42,500 nt of DNA from Candidatus Dormiibacterota bacterium (GCA_035544475.1 DATKEY010000166.1:1-42500); one strand, 5' to 3'; counted from the stretch's first letter, positions 16,622 to 27,968 are shown. Notes: generated from the sequence alone by a model not told the origin. A program made the numbers and translations.

Positions 16622-18553
16622 ATGACCCAGGCCGGCGAAGCGCCCCCGCCCCCCGACGACGGCCGCGTCGAGGTCACCATCGACGGCCGGGTGATCCGTG
16701 CGCCGAAGGGCCAGCTCGTGCTCGACGCCGCAACCGATGTGGGCGTCCACATCCCGATCTACTGCGCGCATCCGAAGATGGATCCGGTGGCGGTCTGCCG
16801 GATGTGCCTCGTCCAGATCGAGAAGTTCCCGAAGCTCCAGCCGGCGTGCGCGACCTACGTCAGCGAGGGGATGGTCGTCCACACCCAGACCGAACCGGTG
16901 ACGAAGGCGCGCGAGGGAGTGCTGGAGTTCCTGCTCCTCAATCACCCGCTCGACTGCCCGGTCTGCGACCGCGGCGGCGAGTGCGACCTCCAGGACTTCG
17001 CCTTCCGCTACGGCCCCCAGACGTCGCGGATGCCGATCACCGACAAGGTGCACTTCGAGAAGGCGGTGCCGCTGTCGGACAGGATCGAGCTCGACAACGA
17101 GCGCTGCATCCTCTGCTGGCGGTGCGTGCGCTACTACGACGAGATCACCGGCGAGAAGGAGATCGTCCTCCAGCAGCGCGGCGTGCAGACCGAGGTCGCG
17201 ACCTTCGACGGCCGTCCGCTGCGCTCCGCCTTCCAGGGCAACCTCCCCGAGGTGTGCCCGGTGGGGGCGCTCACCCACCGCCAGTACCGCTTCGTCGCCC
17301 GTCCCTGGGACCTGCAGAGGGCCAGGAGCGTGTGCCCGGAGTGCTCGTACGGCTGCAACATCAACATCGACAGCCGCGAGTACGAGGTGAAGCGCTTCGC
17401 CTCTCGGGACAACCCGCTCGTCGACGACATGTGGCTCTGCGACCGCGGGCGCTACAGCGTGCCCCGGTGGAACCGTACCGACCGGGTGCGGCGCCCTGTG
17501 GTGCGGCCGCGCGCCGGCGAGGACCAGGAGGTCAGCGTCCAGCAGGCGGTCCAGGAGGCGGGCCGGCGGCTGCGGGCGATCCGCGACCAGCACGGCGCCA
17601 ACGCCATCGGGGTGCTGGGTTCGACCGAGTGCACCAACCAGGAGGCGTGGCTGCTCCAGCGCCTCGCCCGCGAGGCACTCGGCACCTCCCACCTCGACCA
17701 CCAGCTCGAGCCGTTCCCCGGACTGGCGCCCGAGGAGCACGCCCTCGGCATCGCCGAGATCGAGGACTGCTCCGCCGTCGTCGTGCTCGGGACCCGGCCG
17801 GAGCAGCAGGCGCCGGTGCTCACCCTGCGGCTCTACAAGGCGCAGCGCAAACGCGGCACGGTTGTCCACCGCCTCCCGGTCGAGGTCGACGACGCGACGG
17901 TGCGCGCCATCACCGGCCAGCGCCTCCTCGGGGTGATCGCCGACGAGGTCGACCGCGCCGAGGCCGCCCATGTCGCCCAGCTCCTCGCCCGCGGCAACAC
18001 CGAGGTGCGGCGGTTCACCGTCAGCCGCGGGGTCAACGGGCGCGGCTGCAAGGACCTGGGGCTGCTGCCCAACCTGCTCCCCGGCTACCGCCCCGCCCCG
18101 GGCGCGGGCCGGTGCGGCACCGAGATCCTCGAGGCGACGAGCGCCGGCCAGATCCGCGCCCTGGTGGTCATGGGGTCGCAGCCGTGGGCGGCGACCGCGG
18201 GGGTGGCGCTCACCGGCGCGCTCAACGCCGCCGACCTCGTGGTCGCGATCGAGACCCAGCCGGGCCCCGTCTCCCAGGGCGCGACGGTGCTCATCCCCGG
18301 CCACACCCACGTCGAGAAGGGCGGCTCGGTGACCAACCTCGAGGGTCGCGTCCAGCGCATCCGCGCGGCGCTCCCCCCGGCGACGACGGTGCCCACCGAG
18401 CTGCGGGTCCTCGCCATGCTCGCCGCCGAGCTCGGCTGCGAGCGCTGGCCGGCGGAGGTGATCGCCGTCGACCGCGAGATCGGGGTCACCCTCCCCGCCT
18501 ACGCCGAGGCGGGAGACGGCGGCCGGGTCCGCTGGCCGGTGGCCGTGTCGTGA
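16622..18553 (+). CDS. nuoG: NADH-quinone oxidoreductase subunit G
   Basis: N-terminal 2Fe-2S (CAHPKMDPVAVCRMC), HPLDCPVCDRGGECDLQD, and CILCWRCVRY. ATG 16622 is in frame with ORF 15995..18553. Confidence 0.95.
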   Translation: MTQAGEAPPPPDDGRVEVTIDGRVIRAPKGQLVLDAATDVGVHIPIYCAHPKMDPVAVCRMCLVQIEKFPKLQPACATYVSEGMVVHTQTEPVTKAREGVLEFLLLNHPLDCPVCDRGGECDLQDFAFRYGPQTSRMPITDKVHFEKAVPLSDRIELDNERCILCWRCVRYYDEITGEKEIVLQQRGVQTEVATFDGRPLRSAFQGNLPEVCPVGALTHRQYRFVARPWDLQRARSVCPECSYGCNINIDSREYEVKRFASRDNPLVDDMWLCDRGRYSVPRWNRTDRVRRPVVRPRAGEDQEVSVQQAVQEAGRRLRAIRDQHGANAIGVLGSTECTNQEAWLLQRLAREALGTSHLDHQLEPFPGLAPEEHALGIAEIEDCSAVVVLGTRPEQQAPVLTLRLYKAQRKRGTVVHRLPVEVDDATVRAITGQRLLGVIADEVDRAEAAHVAQLLARGNTEVRRFTVSRGVNGRGCKDLGLLPNLLPGYRPAPGAGRCGTEILEATSAGQIRALVVMGSQPWAATAGVALTGALNAADLVVAIETQPGPVSQGATVLIPGHTHVEKGGSVTNLEGRVQRIRAALPPATTVPTELRVLAMLAAELGCERWPAEVIAVDREIGVTLPAYAEAGDGGRVRWPVAVS

Positions 18554-19617
18554 TCCACGCGCTGCCCACCGCCGACGTTCTCGGCTACCGGATCGGGCCC
18601 GACTACTGGTGGGTGATCCTCGTCAAGGGCGTGATCATCCTCGGCTTCCTCGCCACCGCCGCGGCGTACAGCACCTACGCCGAGCGCAAGGTCGCCGCCC
18701 ACATCCAGCTGCGCATCGGCCCCAACCGGGTCGGCCCGATCGGGCTCCTCCAGCCCGCCGCCGACGCGGTGAAGCTGCTCTTCAAGGAGAACGTCGCCCC
18801 GAGCGGCCGCGACAAGCTTCTCTACGTCATGGCCCCGGGGTTCGCCGCGGCGGCGGCGATCTTCGCCTTCGCCGTCATCCCGGTGAGCGGGGTGAGCACG
18901 GTCGACGGCGGCTACCAGCTCCACTGGGACATCGCCCACCTCAACGTGGGGCTGCTCTACATCCTCGCGGTCACCTCGCTCGGGGTGTACGCGATCTTCC
19001 TCGGCGGCTGGTCGGCGAACAGCAAGTACTCGCTGCTCGGTGCGCTGCGCTCCTCCGCCCAGCTCATCTCCTACGAGATGGCGGTCGCCTTCGCGCTCAT
19101 GGGCGCGATCATCCTCAGCCAGAGCCTCGACCTCGAGGCGATCGTCACCGCCCAGCACCACGTCTGGTTCGTCGTGCTCCAGCCGCTCGGCTTCCTCCTG
19201 TACTTCATGGGCGCACTCGCCGAGACCAACCGATTGCCCTTCGACCTCCCCGAGGCGGAGACCGAGCTCGTCGCCGGCTACCACACCGAGTACTCGGGGA
19301 TGCGCTTCGGCTTCTACTTCCTCGGGGAGTACATCAACATGGTCACGGTCTCGGCGATCGCGACCACGCTCTTCCTCGGCGGCTGGCTGCCCCTGCCCAT
19401 CCTCGACCGCATCCCGATCCTCGGCGACGACCTGGGATTCGTGTGGTTCCTCGGCAAGGTGTTCCTGCTGATCTTCGTGATGATGTGGATCCGCTGGACG
19501 CTCCCCCGCCTTCGCTACGACCGGCTGATGAACCTCGGATGGAAGGTGCTGCTTCCGCTGGGCCTGCTGAACATCGCCGTGACCGGGGCGGTGGTGGCCA
19601 TCAAGGCGTCGACATGA
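18550..19617 (+). CDS. nuoH: NADH-quinone oxidoreductase subunit H
   Basis: YAERKVAAHIQLRIGPNRVGPIGLLQPAADAVKL, ETNRLPFDLPEAETELVAGYHTEYSG. GTG 18550 overlaps the nuoG stop. Confidence 0.95.
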   Translation: MIHALPTADVLGYRIGPDYWWVILVKGVIILGFLATAAAYSTYAERKVAAHIQLRIGPNRVGPIGLLQPAADAVKLLFKENVAPSGRDKLLYVMAPGFAAAAAIFAFAVIPVSGVSTVDGGYQLHWDIAHLNVGLLYILAVTSLGVYAIFLGGWSANSKYSLLGALRSSAQLISYEMAVAFALMGAIILSQSLDLEAIVTAQHHVWFVVLQPLGFLLYFMGALAETNRLPFDLPEAETELVAGYHTEYSGMRFGFYFLGEYINMVTVSAIATTLFLGGWLPLPILDRIPILGDDLGFVWFLGKVFLLIFVMMWIRWTLPRLRYDRLMNLGWKVLLPLGLLNIAVTGAVVAIKAST

Positions 19618-19630
19618 GCGGGACCGCGCG

Positions 19631-20266
19631 ATGATCATCGAGATCGTCAAGGGGATGGCGTTCACCCTCAGGCAGCTCTTCCGCAAGCCGATCACCCTGC
19701 AGTGGCCCGAAGAGCAGAAGCCGGCCCCGACGCGGCACCGCGGCCGCCACATCCTCCACCGCTACGACAACGGGCTGGAGCGCTGCATCGGCTGCGAGCT
19801 GTGCTCCGGGGCCTGCCCGGTCGGCTGCATCTACGTCGAGCCCGCCGAGAACGATCCCGCCAACCCGGTCTCGCCCGGGGAGCGCTACGCGATCCGGTAC
19901 GAGATCAACCTGATGCGCTGCATCTACTGCGGCTACTGCGCGGAGGCCTGCCCCACCGAGGCGATCACCTTGGGCCCGCGGTACGACCTCGCCGACTACC
20001 GGCGCGAGCGCACCGTCGCGACCAAGGAGGACCTGCTCGAGGCGTGGCCGAACTTCTCCGCCTCCAGGGCCCCGAACACCCGCGGCGCCGGTGCCGACCA
20101 GCGCGGCCAGGCGCCGCATTCACCGGGGGTGAGCCCCCGGCTCGCGTGGGACGAGGGCGACCGCGCCCGGCGTGAGGGCGGAGACCAGACCGTGCCCGGC
20201 AACGCGGGGCTCGCTCCGCACGTGCCCACCGTCACCGAGCCACGCCGCGCCAGGAAGGACCGATGA
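19631..20266 (+). CDS. nuoI: NADH-quinone oxidoreductase subunit I (with a long low-complexity C-terminal tail)
   Basis: Two 4Fe-4S motifs: CIGCELCSGACP and CIYCGYCAEACP. Confidence 0.95.
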   Translation: MIIEIVKGMAFTLRQLFRKPITLQWPEEQKPAPTRHRGRHILHRYDNGLERCIGCELCSGACPVGCIYVEPAENDPANPVSPGERYAIRYEINLMRCIYCGYCAEACPTEAITLGPRYDLADYRRERTVATKEDLLEAWPNFSASRAPNTRGAGADQRGQAPHSPGVSPRLAWDEGDRARREGGDQTVPGNAGLAPHVPTVTEPRRARKDR

Positions 20267-20940
20267 CGACGGCGACCCTCCTCGCCTACGTCGTCGCCGG
20301 CGTCGCCCTGGTGAGCGCCGCCGGGGTGGTGCTGTCCGCGAGGTCGATCTATTCGGCGCTCTGCCTGGTCGGCAACATGGTCTCGCTGGCGGTGCTCTTC
20401 CTGCTCCTCAATGCACAGTTCGTCGCCGCCGTCCAGGTGATCATCTACGCGGGCGCGGTGATGGTCCTCTTCGTCTTCATCATCGCCCTGCTCGACCCCG
20501 GCCACGACCCCGACTACGAGGGGCCGCGCCGTGATCCCCGGCTGTGGGTCGGGATCGTGGCGGTCGGCTACATCACCGCTCAGGTCTTCGCGCTCGCGGT
20601 GAACGGCACCACCTACTCGAAGACCGACAACGTGCTCCAGGGCCAGCGGCTCGCCCAGGCGGCGCTCCCCGGCGACCAGCACAGCTTCTCGTTCACCCCC
20701 GACGCGGTGAACGCGGCGGGCAACGTCCAGGTCCTCGGCAGGGAGCTCTTCACCACCTTCCTGCTGCCCTTCGAGATCACCTCGCTGCTGCTCTTCGTCG
20801 CCGCCATCGGGGCGGTCTACCTGACCCGGCGCCTGCCTCACGCTCCGGGGACGCCGGTCGAGCGAGAGGCGCCGGTGGGGGCGCTCCCCGAGGAGAGCGC
20901 GCCCGACGCCGGGCGCGAGAGGGTGGCGGTCGGCCGATGA
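20263..20940 (+). CDS. nuoJ: NADH-quinone oxidoreductase subunit J
   Basis: Hydrophobic, with QVIIYAGAVMVLFVFII and PFEITSLLLFVAAIGAV. ATGA overlap with nuoI. Confidence 0.92.
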   Translation: MTTATLLAYVVAGVALVSAAGVVLSARSIYSALCLVGNMVSLAVLFLLLNAQFVAAVQVIIYAGAVMVLFVFIIALLDPGHDPDYEGPRRDPRLWVGIVAVGYITAQVFALAVNGTTYSKTDNVLQGQRLAQAALPGDQHSFSFTPDAVNAAGNVQVLGRELFTTFLLPFEITSLLLFVAAIGAVYLTRRLPHAPGTPVEREAPVGALPEESAPDAGRERVAVGR

Positions 20941-21248
20941 TCGACATCCAGGTCTTCCCGCTGCTCCTCGGCCTCAGCGCCGCGATGTTCACCATCGGCT
21001 CGGTGGGCGTTCTCGTGCGCCGCAACCCGCTGGTGGTGCTGATGTCGATCGAGCTGATGCTCAACGCGGTGAACCTCGCCTTCGTCGACTACGGCCGCTT
21101 CCTCAACAGCGAGGACGGGCAGATCTTCACCCTGGTGGTGATCGTGGTCGCCGCCGCGGAGGCGGTGGTCGGCCTCGCGCTCGTCAGCCAGGTCTACCGC
21201 GCGGGCCGCGAGCTCGACATCGACGACCTCAGCGAGATGCGGGAATGA
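20937..21248 (+). CDS. nuoK: NADH-quinone oxidoreductase subunit K
   Basis: About 103 aa, 3 TM, with MSIELMLNAVNLAFV and AAAEAVVGLAL. ATGA overlap with nuoJ. Confidence 0.95.
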   Translation: MIDIQVFPLLLGLSAAMFTIGSVGVLVRRNPLVVLMSIELMLNAVNLAFVDYGRFLNSEDGQIFTLVVIVVAAAEAVVGLALVSQVYRAGRELDIDDLSEMRE

Positions 21249-23224
21249 TCCCTGGGCCCCCGCCCGGAATGAACACGACGCTGGCCGGGACCCTGGCCGT
21301 CCTGCTCTTCGCCTTCCCCCTCGCCGGCTGCCTCGGCAACGCCCTGCTCGGGCCGCGGCTCGGGCGGCGTTTCTGCAACATCGTCGGTCCCGGGGTCGTG
21401 CTCGCCGGCTTCGTCTGCGCGGTCATCGCGCTCGTCGCGGTGCTCGGCGCCCACGAGGACGCGAAGTCGACGACGGTGACCCTCTGGTCCTGGATCGACC
21501 TCGGCGTCCACGGCCTCAAGGTGAACGTCGACATCACCTTCGACCCGCTGAGCGTGCTCATGTGCCTGGTGATCACCGGGGTCGGCTTCCTCATCCACTG
21601 GTACAGCGTCGGGTACATGGAGCACGACGAGAGCCCGTGGCGGTTCTTCAGCTACATGAACCTGTTCATCTTCTCGATGCTGCTGCTGGTGCTCGCCGCC
21701 GACCTGGTGATCCTCATCATCGGCTGGGCGATGGTGGCGCTCAGCAGCTACCTGCTCATCGGCTACTACTACGACCGCCCGAGCGCGGTGGCCGCGGCGC
21801 GCAAGGCGTTCATCACCCAGGTGATCGGCGACGTCGCCCTCTACATCGCCGCCTTCATGATCGTCACCAACCTCAAGGTGCCCTCGCTCCAGCTGCCGAC
21901 GATCTTCGCGAACGCCGGCGACTCCTTCACCCAGGGCGGCGGGCTGATCACCGGGATCTGCGTGCTCCTCGCCATCGGCGCCTTCGCGAAGAGCGCCCAG
22001 TTCCCGCTCCACACCTGGCTGCCCGACGCGATGGAGGGCCCGACCCCGGTCAGCGCCCTCATCCACGCCGCCACCATGGTGACTGCGGGCGTCTACCTGA
22101 TCGCCCGCTTCCACACCCTCTTCGACCTCGCTCCGATCGCCCAGGGCGTCGTCGCCTGCGTCGGAATGGGCACCGCCGTGATGGCCGGCATCATCGCCCT
22201 GAGCCAGATCGACATCAAGCGGGTCATCGCCTACTCGACGATGTCCCAGATCGGGCTGATGATCTTCGCGGTCGGTATCGGCGCCTACTCGGCGGGCATG
22301 TTCCACTTCGCCACCCACGCGGTCTTCAAGGCGCTGCTCTTCATGGCCGCGGGCAATGTCATCCACGCCCTCCACGACGAGCAGGACATCCGGCTCATGG
22401 GCGGCCTGGGCATCACCATGCGCCGGACCGAGCTCTGCTTCCTCAGCGGCTCGCTCGCCCTCGCCGGCATCCCGATCTGGGCCGGCTTCTTCAGCAAGGA
22501 GGAGCTGCTCGGCCTCGGGTCGCTCCACGGTCCGTGGGCGCCGACCCTCTACGCGGTCGGCGTGGGGGTGAACATCCTCACCGGCATCTACGCCTTCCGG
22601 CTCTTCTACACGGTCTTCCGCGGCACCCCCCAGACGGCACGAACCTACGCAGCCCACGAGGCGCCGCCGAGCATGCTGATGCCGGTGGCGATCCTCGCCA
22701 TCGGCAGCTTCGTCGCCGGCTGGGCGCTGCTCCTCGGAATCCCCGGGGTGGTCGGGCGCTTCTTCCTCGCCGACTTCCTCGACCCGGTGTTCACCGCCAA
22801 CGGCGGACACCTGATCAGCGAGCCGTCCCAGGGCGCCGCGCTCGCCACCGTGCTCATCGGGACCGCCGGGAGCCTCATCGGTGCCGGGCTCGCGCGGCAG
22901 TGGTGGTACCAGCGCAAGCCCGACGCCCAGGCCGTCGCCGGCAGGGTGCCGCGGCTGCTCACCCAGCTCTCGCTCCACAAGTTCTACTTCGACGAGCTCT
23001 ACGACGCCCTGTTCGTGAAGCCGACGCGCCGGCTCGCGCGCGAGCTGCGCACCGTCGTCGAGCCCGAGTACGCCGACGGCTGGGTCGAGAGCATCGGCCG
23101 GGCGGCGACGTCGCTCTCCGAGACCTTCCGGATGCTCCAGACCGGCCGGCTGCGCGACTATGCGACCGGCATGCTCGTCGCGGCGAGCGCATTCGTCGTC
23201 GTCCTCGCGGTGATCGTGAGATGA
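21245..23224 (+). CDS. nuoL: NADH-quinone oxidoreductase subunit L
   Basis: 659 aa antiporter-like subunit, with KSAQFPLHTWLPDAMEGPTPVSALIHAATMVTAG. Confidence 0.96.
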   Translation: MIPGPPPGMNTTLAGTLAVLLFAFPLAGCLGNALLGPRLGRRFCNIVGPGVVLAGFVCAVIALVAVLGAHEDAKSTTVTLWSWIDLGVHGLKVNVDITFDPLSVLMCLVITGVGFLIHWYSVGYMEHDESPWRFFSYMNLFIFSMLLLVLAADLVILIIGWAMVALSSYLLIGYYYDRPSAVAAARKAFITQVIGDVALYIAAFMIVTNLKVPSLQLPTIFANAGDSFTQGGGLITGICVLLAIGAFAKSAQFPLHTWLPDAMEGPTPVSALIHAATMVTAGVYLIARFHTLFDLAPIAQGVVACVGMGTAVMAGIIALSQIDIKRVIAYSTMSQIGLMIFAVGIGAYSAGMFHFATHAVFKALLFMAAGNVIHALHDEQDIRLMGGLGITMRRTELCFLSGSLALAGIPIWAGFFSKEELLGLGSLHGPWAPTLYAVGVGVNILTGIYAFRLFYTVFRGTPQTARTYAAHEAPPSMLMPVAILAIGSFVAGWALLLGIPGVVGRFFLADFLDPVFTANGGHLISEPSQGAALATVLIGTAGSLIGAGLARQWWYQRKPDAQAVAGRVPRLLTQLSLHKFYFDELYDALFVKPTRRLARELRTVVEPEYADGWVESIGRAATSLSETFRMLQTGRLRDYATGMLVAASAFVVVLAVIVR

Positions 23225-24825
23225 GCGACCACATCCCCTGGCTGACGGTCGTCCTCGTCATCCCCCTGGGGACGGCGATCCTCCTCCAGGTGGTGCCACG
23301 CGACCAGCGGGCGGCGATCAAGGGCCTGACCGTCCTCGGCACCCTCGCCACCGCCGGCATCGTCGCCGGGCTGCTCGTCGCCTTCAACCAGCACCCGAGC
23401 ATCCCGGCGGTGGGGCCGCGGCCCCAGGACCAGGTGATCGCCTTCCAGTTCGAGGAGGGCCACTCCTGGATCCCGGCGATCGGCGCGACCTACCACCTCG
23501 GGCTCGACGGGCTGAGCGCCTGGCTGCTCGCCCTCGACGCCTTCGTCTTCCTCCTCGGCGCGGTCGCGGTCTCGGTCGACACCGAGCGGCTGAAGTTCTA
23601 CTGCGGTCTGCTCCTCGTCACCCAGGCGGCGACGATCGGGGTGCTCCTCAGCGTCGACCTGCTCCTCTTCTACTTCTTCTGGGAGGGGATGCTCGTCCCG
23701 CTCTACTTCCTCCTCGCCAACTACGGAGACAGCGGTCGCGGGCGGGCGACGCTGAAGTTCGTCGGCTACACCGTCGCCGGCAGCCTGCTCATGCTGCTCG
23801 CGATCATCTACCTCTACTTCAACTCGCAGGTGCCGGCCCTGTTCGGCCCCGCGGGGGGCCGGAGCTTCGACCTCCAGCTGCTGATGCTCGCCCCCGGGCC
23901 GGCCTCGGACCCGGTGAACTTCCTCGGAGTCCACCTGCTCACCCCGATCCAGTTCGCCTTCGTCGCCTTCGCCCTCGCCTTCGCGATCAAGGTGCCGCTC
24001 GTGCCCTTCCACACCTGGCTGCCGGACTCCTACGCGAACTGCCCGCCGGCGACGCTGACCTTCTTCGCCGGGATCGTGAGCAAGCTCGGCGCCTTCGGCT
24101 TCATCCGCTACGGGCTGACCCTCTTCCCGGGACCGATCCACGACTTCCAGTGGATCCTCGAGGGGCTGGCGATCCTCAGCATCCTCTACGCGGCGATGCT
24201 CGCCCTCGCCCAGACGGACATCAAGCGCATCGTCGCCTACTCGAGCATCAGCCACCTCGGCTTCATCGTGCTCGGGATCTTCGCCCTCAACGTCAACGGC
24301 ATCAACGGCGCCATCATCCAGATGGTCAACCACGGCATCATCATCGCCGCCCTCTTCCTCGTCGTCGGCTACGTCGAGGCCCGGGTCGGCACCCGTGACC
24401 GCCACGAGATCGCCGGGCTGGAGCGGCGGATGCCGTGGCTGTACGCCCTCTTCCTCGTCATCACCCTCGCCGGGCTCGGCATGCCGGGGACGAACGGCTT
24501 CGTCGGCGAGTTCACCATCCTGCTCGGCGCCTTCCAGGCCAACCCGCTGCTCGCGGTCCTCGGCGGCGTGGGGGTGACGCTCGCCGCCTGGTACATGCTC
24601 CGCCTCCACCAGGGGCTGATGCACGAGCCGCTCTCGAAGGCCGCCGACAAGGTCCGTGACATCGGCGCCGCGGAGCGGCTGGTGCTGCTCCCGCTCGCGG
24701 CCCTGATGATCCTCATCGGCGTCTATCCGAAGCCGGTCGGCGACATCACCAGGAGCGGGGTGCAGCAGTACGTCACCCGGGCGTCGGTGCCGCCGCCGTC
24801 GCTCTCGTCACTGAGCAACCCATGA
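23221..24825 (+). CDS. nuoM: NADH-quinone oxidoreductase subunit M
   Basis: Antiporter-like subunit, with AIKVPLVPFHTWLPDSY and DIKRIVAYSSISHLG. ATGA overlap with nuoL. Confidence 0.96.
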   Translation: MSDHIPWLTVVLVIPLGTAILLQVVPRDQRAAIKGLTVLGTLATAGIVAGLLVAFNQHPSIPAVGPRPQDQVIAFQFEEGHSWIPAIGATYHLGLDGLSAWLLALDAFVFLLGAVAVSVDTERLKFYCGLLLVTQAATIGVLLSVDLLLFYFFWEGMLVPLYFLLANYGDSGRGRATLKFVGYTVAGSLLMLLAIIYLYFNSQVPALFGPAGGRSFDLQLLMLAPGPASDPVNFLGVHLLTPIQFAFVAFALAFAIKVPLVPFHTWLPDSYANCPPATLTFFAGIVSKLGAFGFIRYGLTLFPGPIHDFQWILEGLAILSILYAAMLALAQTDIKRIVAYSSISHLGFIVLGIFALNVNGINGAIIQMVNHGIIIAALFLVVGYVEARVGTRDRHEIAGLERRMPWLYALFLVITLAGLGMPGTNGFVGEFTILLGAFQANPLLAVLGGVGVTLAAWYMLRLHQGLMHEPLSKAADKVRDIGAAERLVLLPLAALMILIGVYPKPVGDITRSGVQQYVTRASVPPPSLSSLSNP

Positions 24826-26354
24826 CCCACGCGCTCCTCGCCTCGATCAGCATGCCCGGTCTGCCGCCCAACCAGGACCTGCTCCGGATGCTCCCGGTCC
24901 TGATCCTCAGCGGCGGGTTCATCGTCCTCCTGCTCCTCGACCTCGTCACCCCGCCGTCGGCGCGCACCGCGCTCGCGGCGCTGAGCGCCCTCTTTCTCGC
25001 CGTGACCCTCGGGGCGGTGATCTGGGGCTTCATCGACATCGGCAGAGACGCGCCCGCTCTCCACCCGGGGTTGGCGTACTACGGCAGCTACGCCTACGAC
25101 CGCTTCAGCCTCTTCGTCGACGCGATCATCCTCGCGAGCGCGCTCGTGGTCGTGCTCATCAGCCCCGGCTACCTCAACCGCCGCGGCCTCCACTACGGCG
25201 AGTACTACGCGCTGATCCTCGGTTCCACCATCGGGATGATGCTCCTCGCCGCCGCGGCGAGCCTGCTCGTGATCTTCCTCGGCATCGAGCTGCTCTCGAT
25301 CTCGCTCTACATCCTCTGCGGCTTCGCCCACACCGAGGAGCGCTCCCAGGAGTCCGCGCTCAAGTACCTGATGCTCGGCGGCTTCGCCTCCGGCTTCCTC
25401 CTCTACGGGATGGCGCTCGTCTACGGCGAGACCGGGCACACGACGCTGACCGGCATCCGGGCGTCGCTGGACGCCGTCCACGGCACCGACTCGCTCTTCC
25501 TCATCGGCGTCGGTCTGATGTTCGTCGGCTTCGCATTCAAGATCAGCGCCGCGCCCTTCCACACCTGGACCCCCGACGTGTACCAGGGGGCACCCACCTC
25601 GGTGACCACCTTCATGAGCGTCACCACCAAGGTGGCCGCGTTCGCCGCCCTCATCCGGGTGTTCAGCGCGACCTTCGAGGGCTCGTACGCGAAGTGGAAC
25701 GGCATCGTCGCCTTCGTCGCCATCGTCTCGATGGTGATCGGCAACCTCGCCGCCCTCGGCCAGACGAGCGTGAAACGCATGCTCGCGTACTCCGGCGTCG
25801 CCCAGGCGGGGTACATCCTCATCGGCGTCGCGGTGCAGTCGCCCCTGGGGACGGTCGGGGCGCTCTACTATCTCGCCGCCTACGCGGCGATGAACATCGG
25901 CGCCTTCGCGGTGATCACGATGATGGCCGGGAGGGGAGAGGACCTCGACCGCTACGACTCCCTTCGCGGCCTCGCCTTCCGGCGTCCCTACGTCGCCGCG
26001 GCGATGGGGCTCTTCCTCTTCTCGCTCGGCGGCTTCCCGCCGACGGCGGGCTTCTTCGGCAAGTTCTTCGTCTTCAGCGCCGCCATCCAGCACGGCCAGA
26101 TGGCGCTCGCGCTCTGGGGCATCGCGACCAGCGCCATCTCCGTCTTCTACTACCTGCGCATCGGCCTGCTGATGTACTCGCGGCCGCGCGAGGGTGAGGA
26201 GAGCTACGAGTGGGCGCGCACCACGGTGTCCGGCGGCGTCGCGCTCGTCGCCACCACCGCAGGGACGCTGGTGCTCGGCATCTTCACCTACCTGATCTAC
26301 AGCGCCGCCACGCTGGCGCAGGTCGGGACGTTCCCCGTCCCACCCAACAGCTGA
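24822..26354 (+). CDS. nuoN: NADH-quinone oxidoreductase subunit N
   Basis: Antiporter-like subunit, with FKISAAPFHTWTPDVYQGAPT and KRMLAYSGVAQAGY. ATGA overlap with nuoM. Confidence 0.96.
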   Translation: MTHALLASISMPGLPPNQDLLRMLPVLILSGGFIVLLLLDLVTPPSARTALAALSALFLAVTLGAVIWGFIDIGRDAPALHPGLAYYGSYAYDRFSLFVDAIILASALVVVLISPGYLNRRGLHYGEYYALILGSTIGMMLLAAAASLLVIFLGIELLSISLYILCGFAHTEERSQESALKYLMLGGFASGFLLYGMALVYGETGHTTLTGIRASLDAVHGTDSLFLIGVGLMFVGFAFKISAAPFHTWTPDVYQGAPTSVTTFMSVTTKVAAFAALIRVFSATFEGSYAKWNGIVAFVAIVSMVIGNLAALGQTSVKRMLAYSGVAQAGYILIGVAVQSPLGTVGALYYLAAYAAMNIGAFAVITMMAGRGEDLDRYDSLRGLAFRRPYVAAAMGLFLFSLGGFPPTAGFFGKFFVFSAAIQHGQMALALWGIATSAISVFYYLRIGLLMYSRPREGEESYEWARTTVSGGVALVATTAGTLVLGIFTYLIYSAATLAQVGTFPVPPNS

Positions 26355-26385
26355 GCCGACCCACCGGTCGAACAGAGGGGAGATC

Positions 26386-27246
<861 letters not shown>

Positions 27247-27248
27247 AG

Positions 27249-27968
27249 GTGCACGGTGCCGGCCGGTGCTTCGAGGGCACCCGGACGATCCGGCTCGGCG
27301 ACGTGAACCCGGAGGGACGGCTGCGCCTCGACGCGCTCGCCCGTCACCTCCAGGACGTCGCGACCGACGACACCCGGGACGCCGGGGTCGACGACCCCCG
27401 CACCACCTGGGTGGTGCGACGTGCCTCGGTGCGCGCCGGTCGCTGGCCGCGCTACCTCGAGCGGGTGACGCTGTCGACGTTCTGCACCGGCACCGGGCCG
27501 CGCTGGGCGGAGCGGACGACCGTGGTGCGTGGCGCCGAGGGTGGACACGTGGAGGCGGTCGCGCTCTGGGCATGCGTCGACACCGCGACGGGGCGCGCGA
27601 CCGGGCTCCCCGACGGCTTCGACGCCGCCTGGGGGACCGGCGGCCGCAGCGTCTCCGCCCGGCTCGTCCATCCGCCCGCCCCGGAGGTGCCCGGCCGGGC
27701 CTGGCAGGTCCGTGCCGTCGACCTCGACGTCCTCGGCCACGTCAACAACGCGGTCCACTGGGCGGCGGTCGAGGACGAGCTCGCGCGGCTGCTCCCCGGC
27801 GCGGTGCCCGTCGAGGCGGAGTGCGAGTACCGCGTCGCGATGGAGTTCGACGACGAGATTCGGCTGCGGTCGATCGTGGAGGCGTCCGCGGTGCGGACCT
27901 GGATCACCGGCGAGCGCGGGACCTGCGCCTCGTCGGTGGTGCGGGCTCAGGCCGTCGCGAGAAGGTAG
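27249..27968 (+). CDS. Acyl-ACP thioesterase-like (double hotdog) protein
   Basis: GTG 27249 is in frame with ORF 26865..27968. IRLGDVNPEGRLRLDALARHLQDVA...DLDVLGHVNNAVHW resembles acyl-ACP thioesterase family proteins. Confidence 0.7.
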   Translation: MHGAGRCFEGTRTIRLGDVNPEGRLRLDALARHLQDVATDDTRDAGVDDPRTTWVVRRASVRAGRWPRYLERVTLSTFCTGTGPRWAERTTVVRGAEGGHVEAVALWACVDTATGRATGLPDGFDAAWGTGGRSVSARLVHPPAPEVPGRAWQVRAVDLDVLGHVNNAVHWAAVEDELARLLPGAVPVEAECEYRVAMEFDDEIRLRSIVEASAVRTWITGERGTCASSVVRAQAVARR

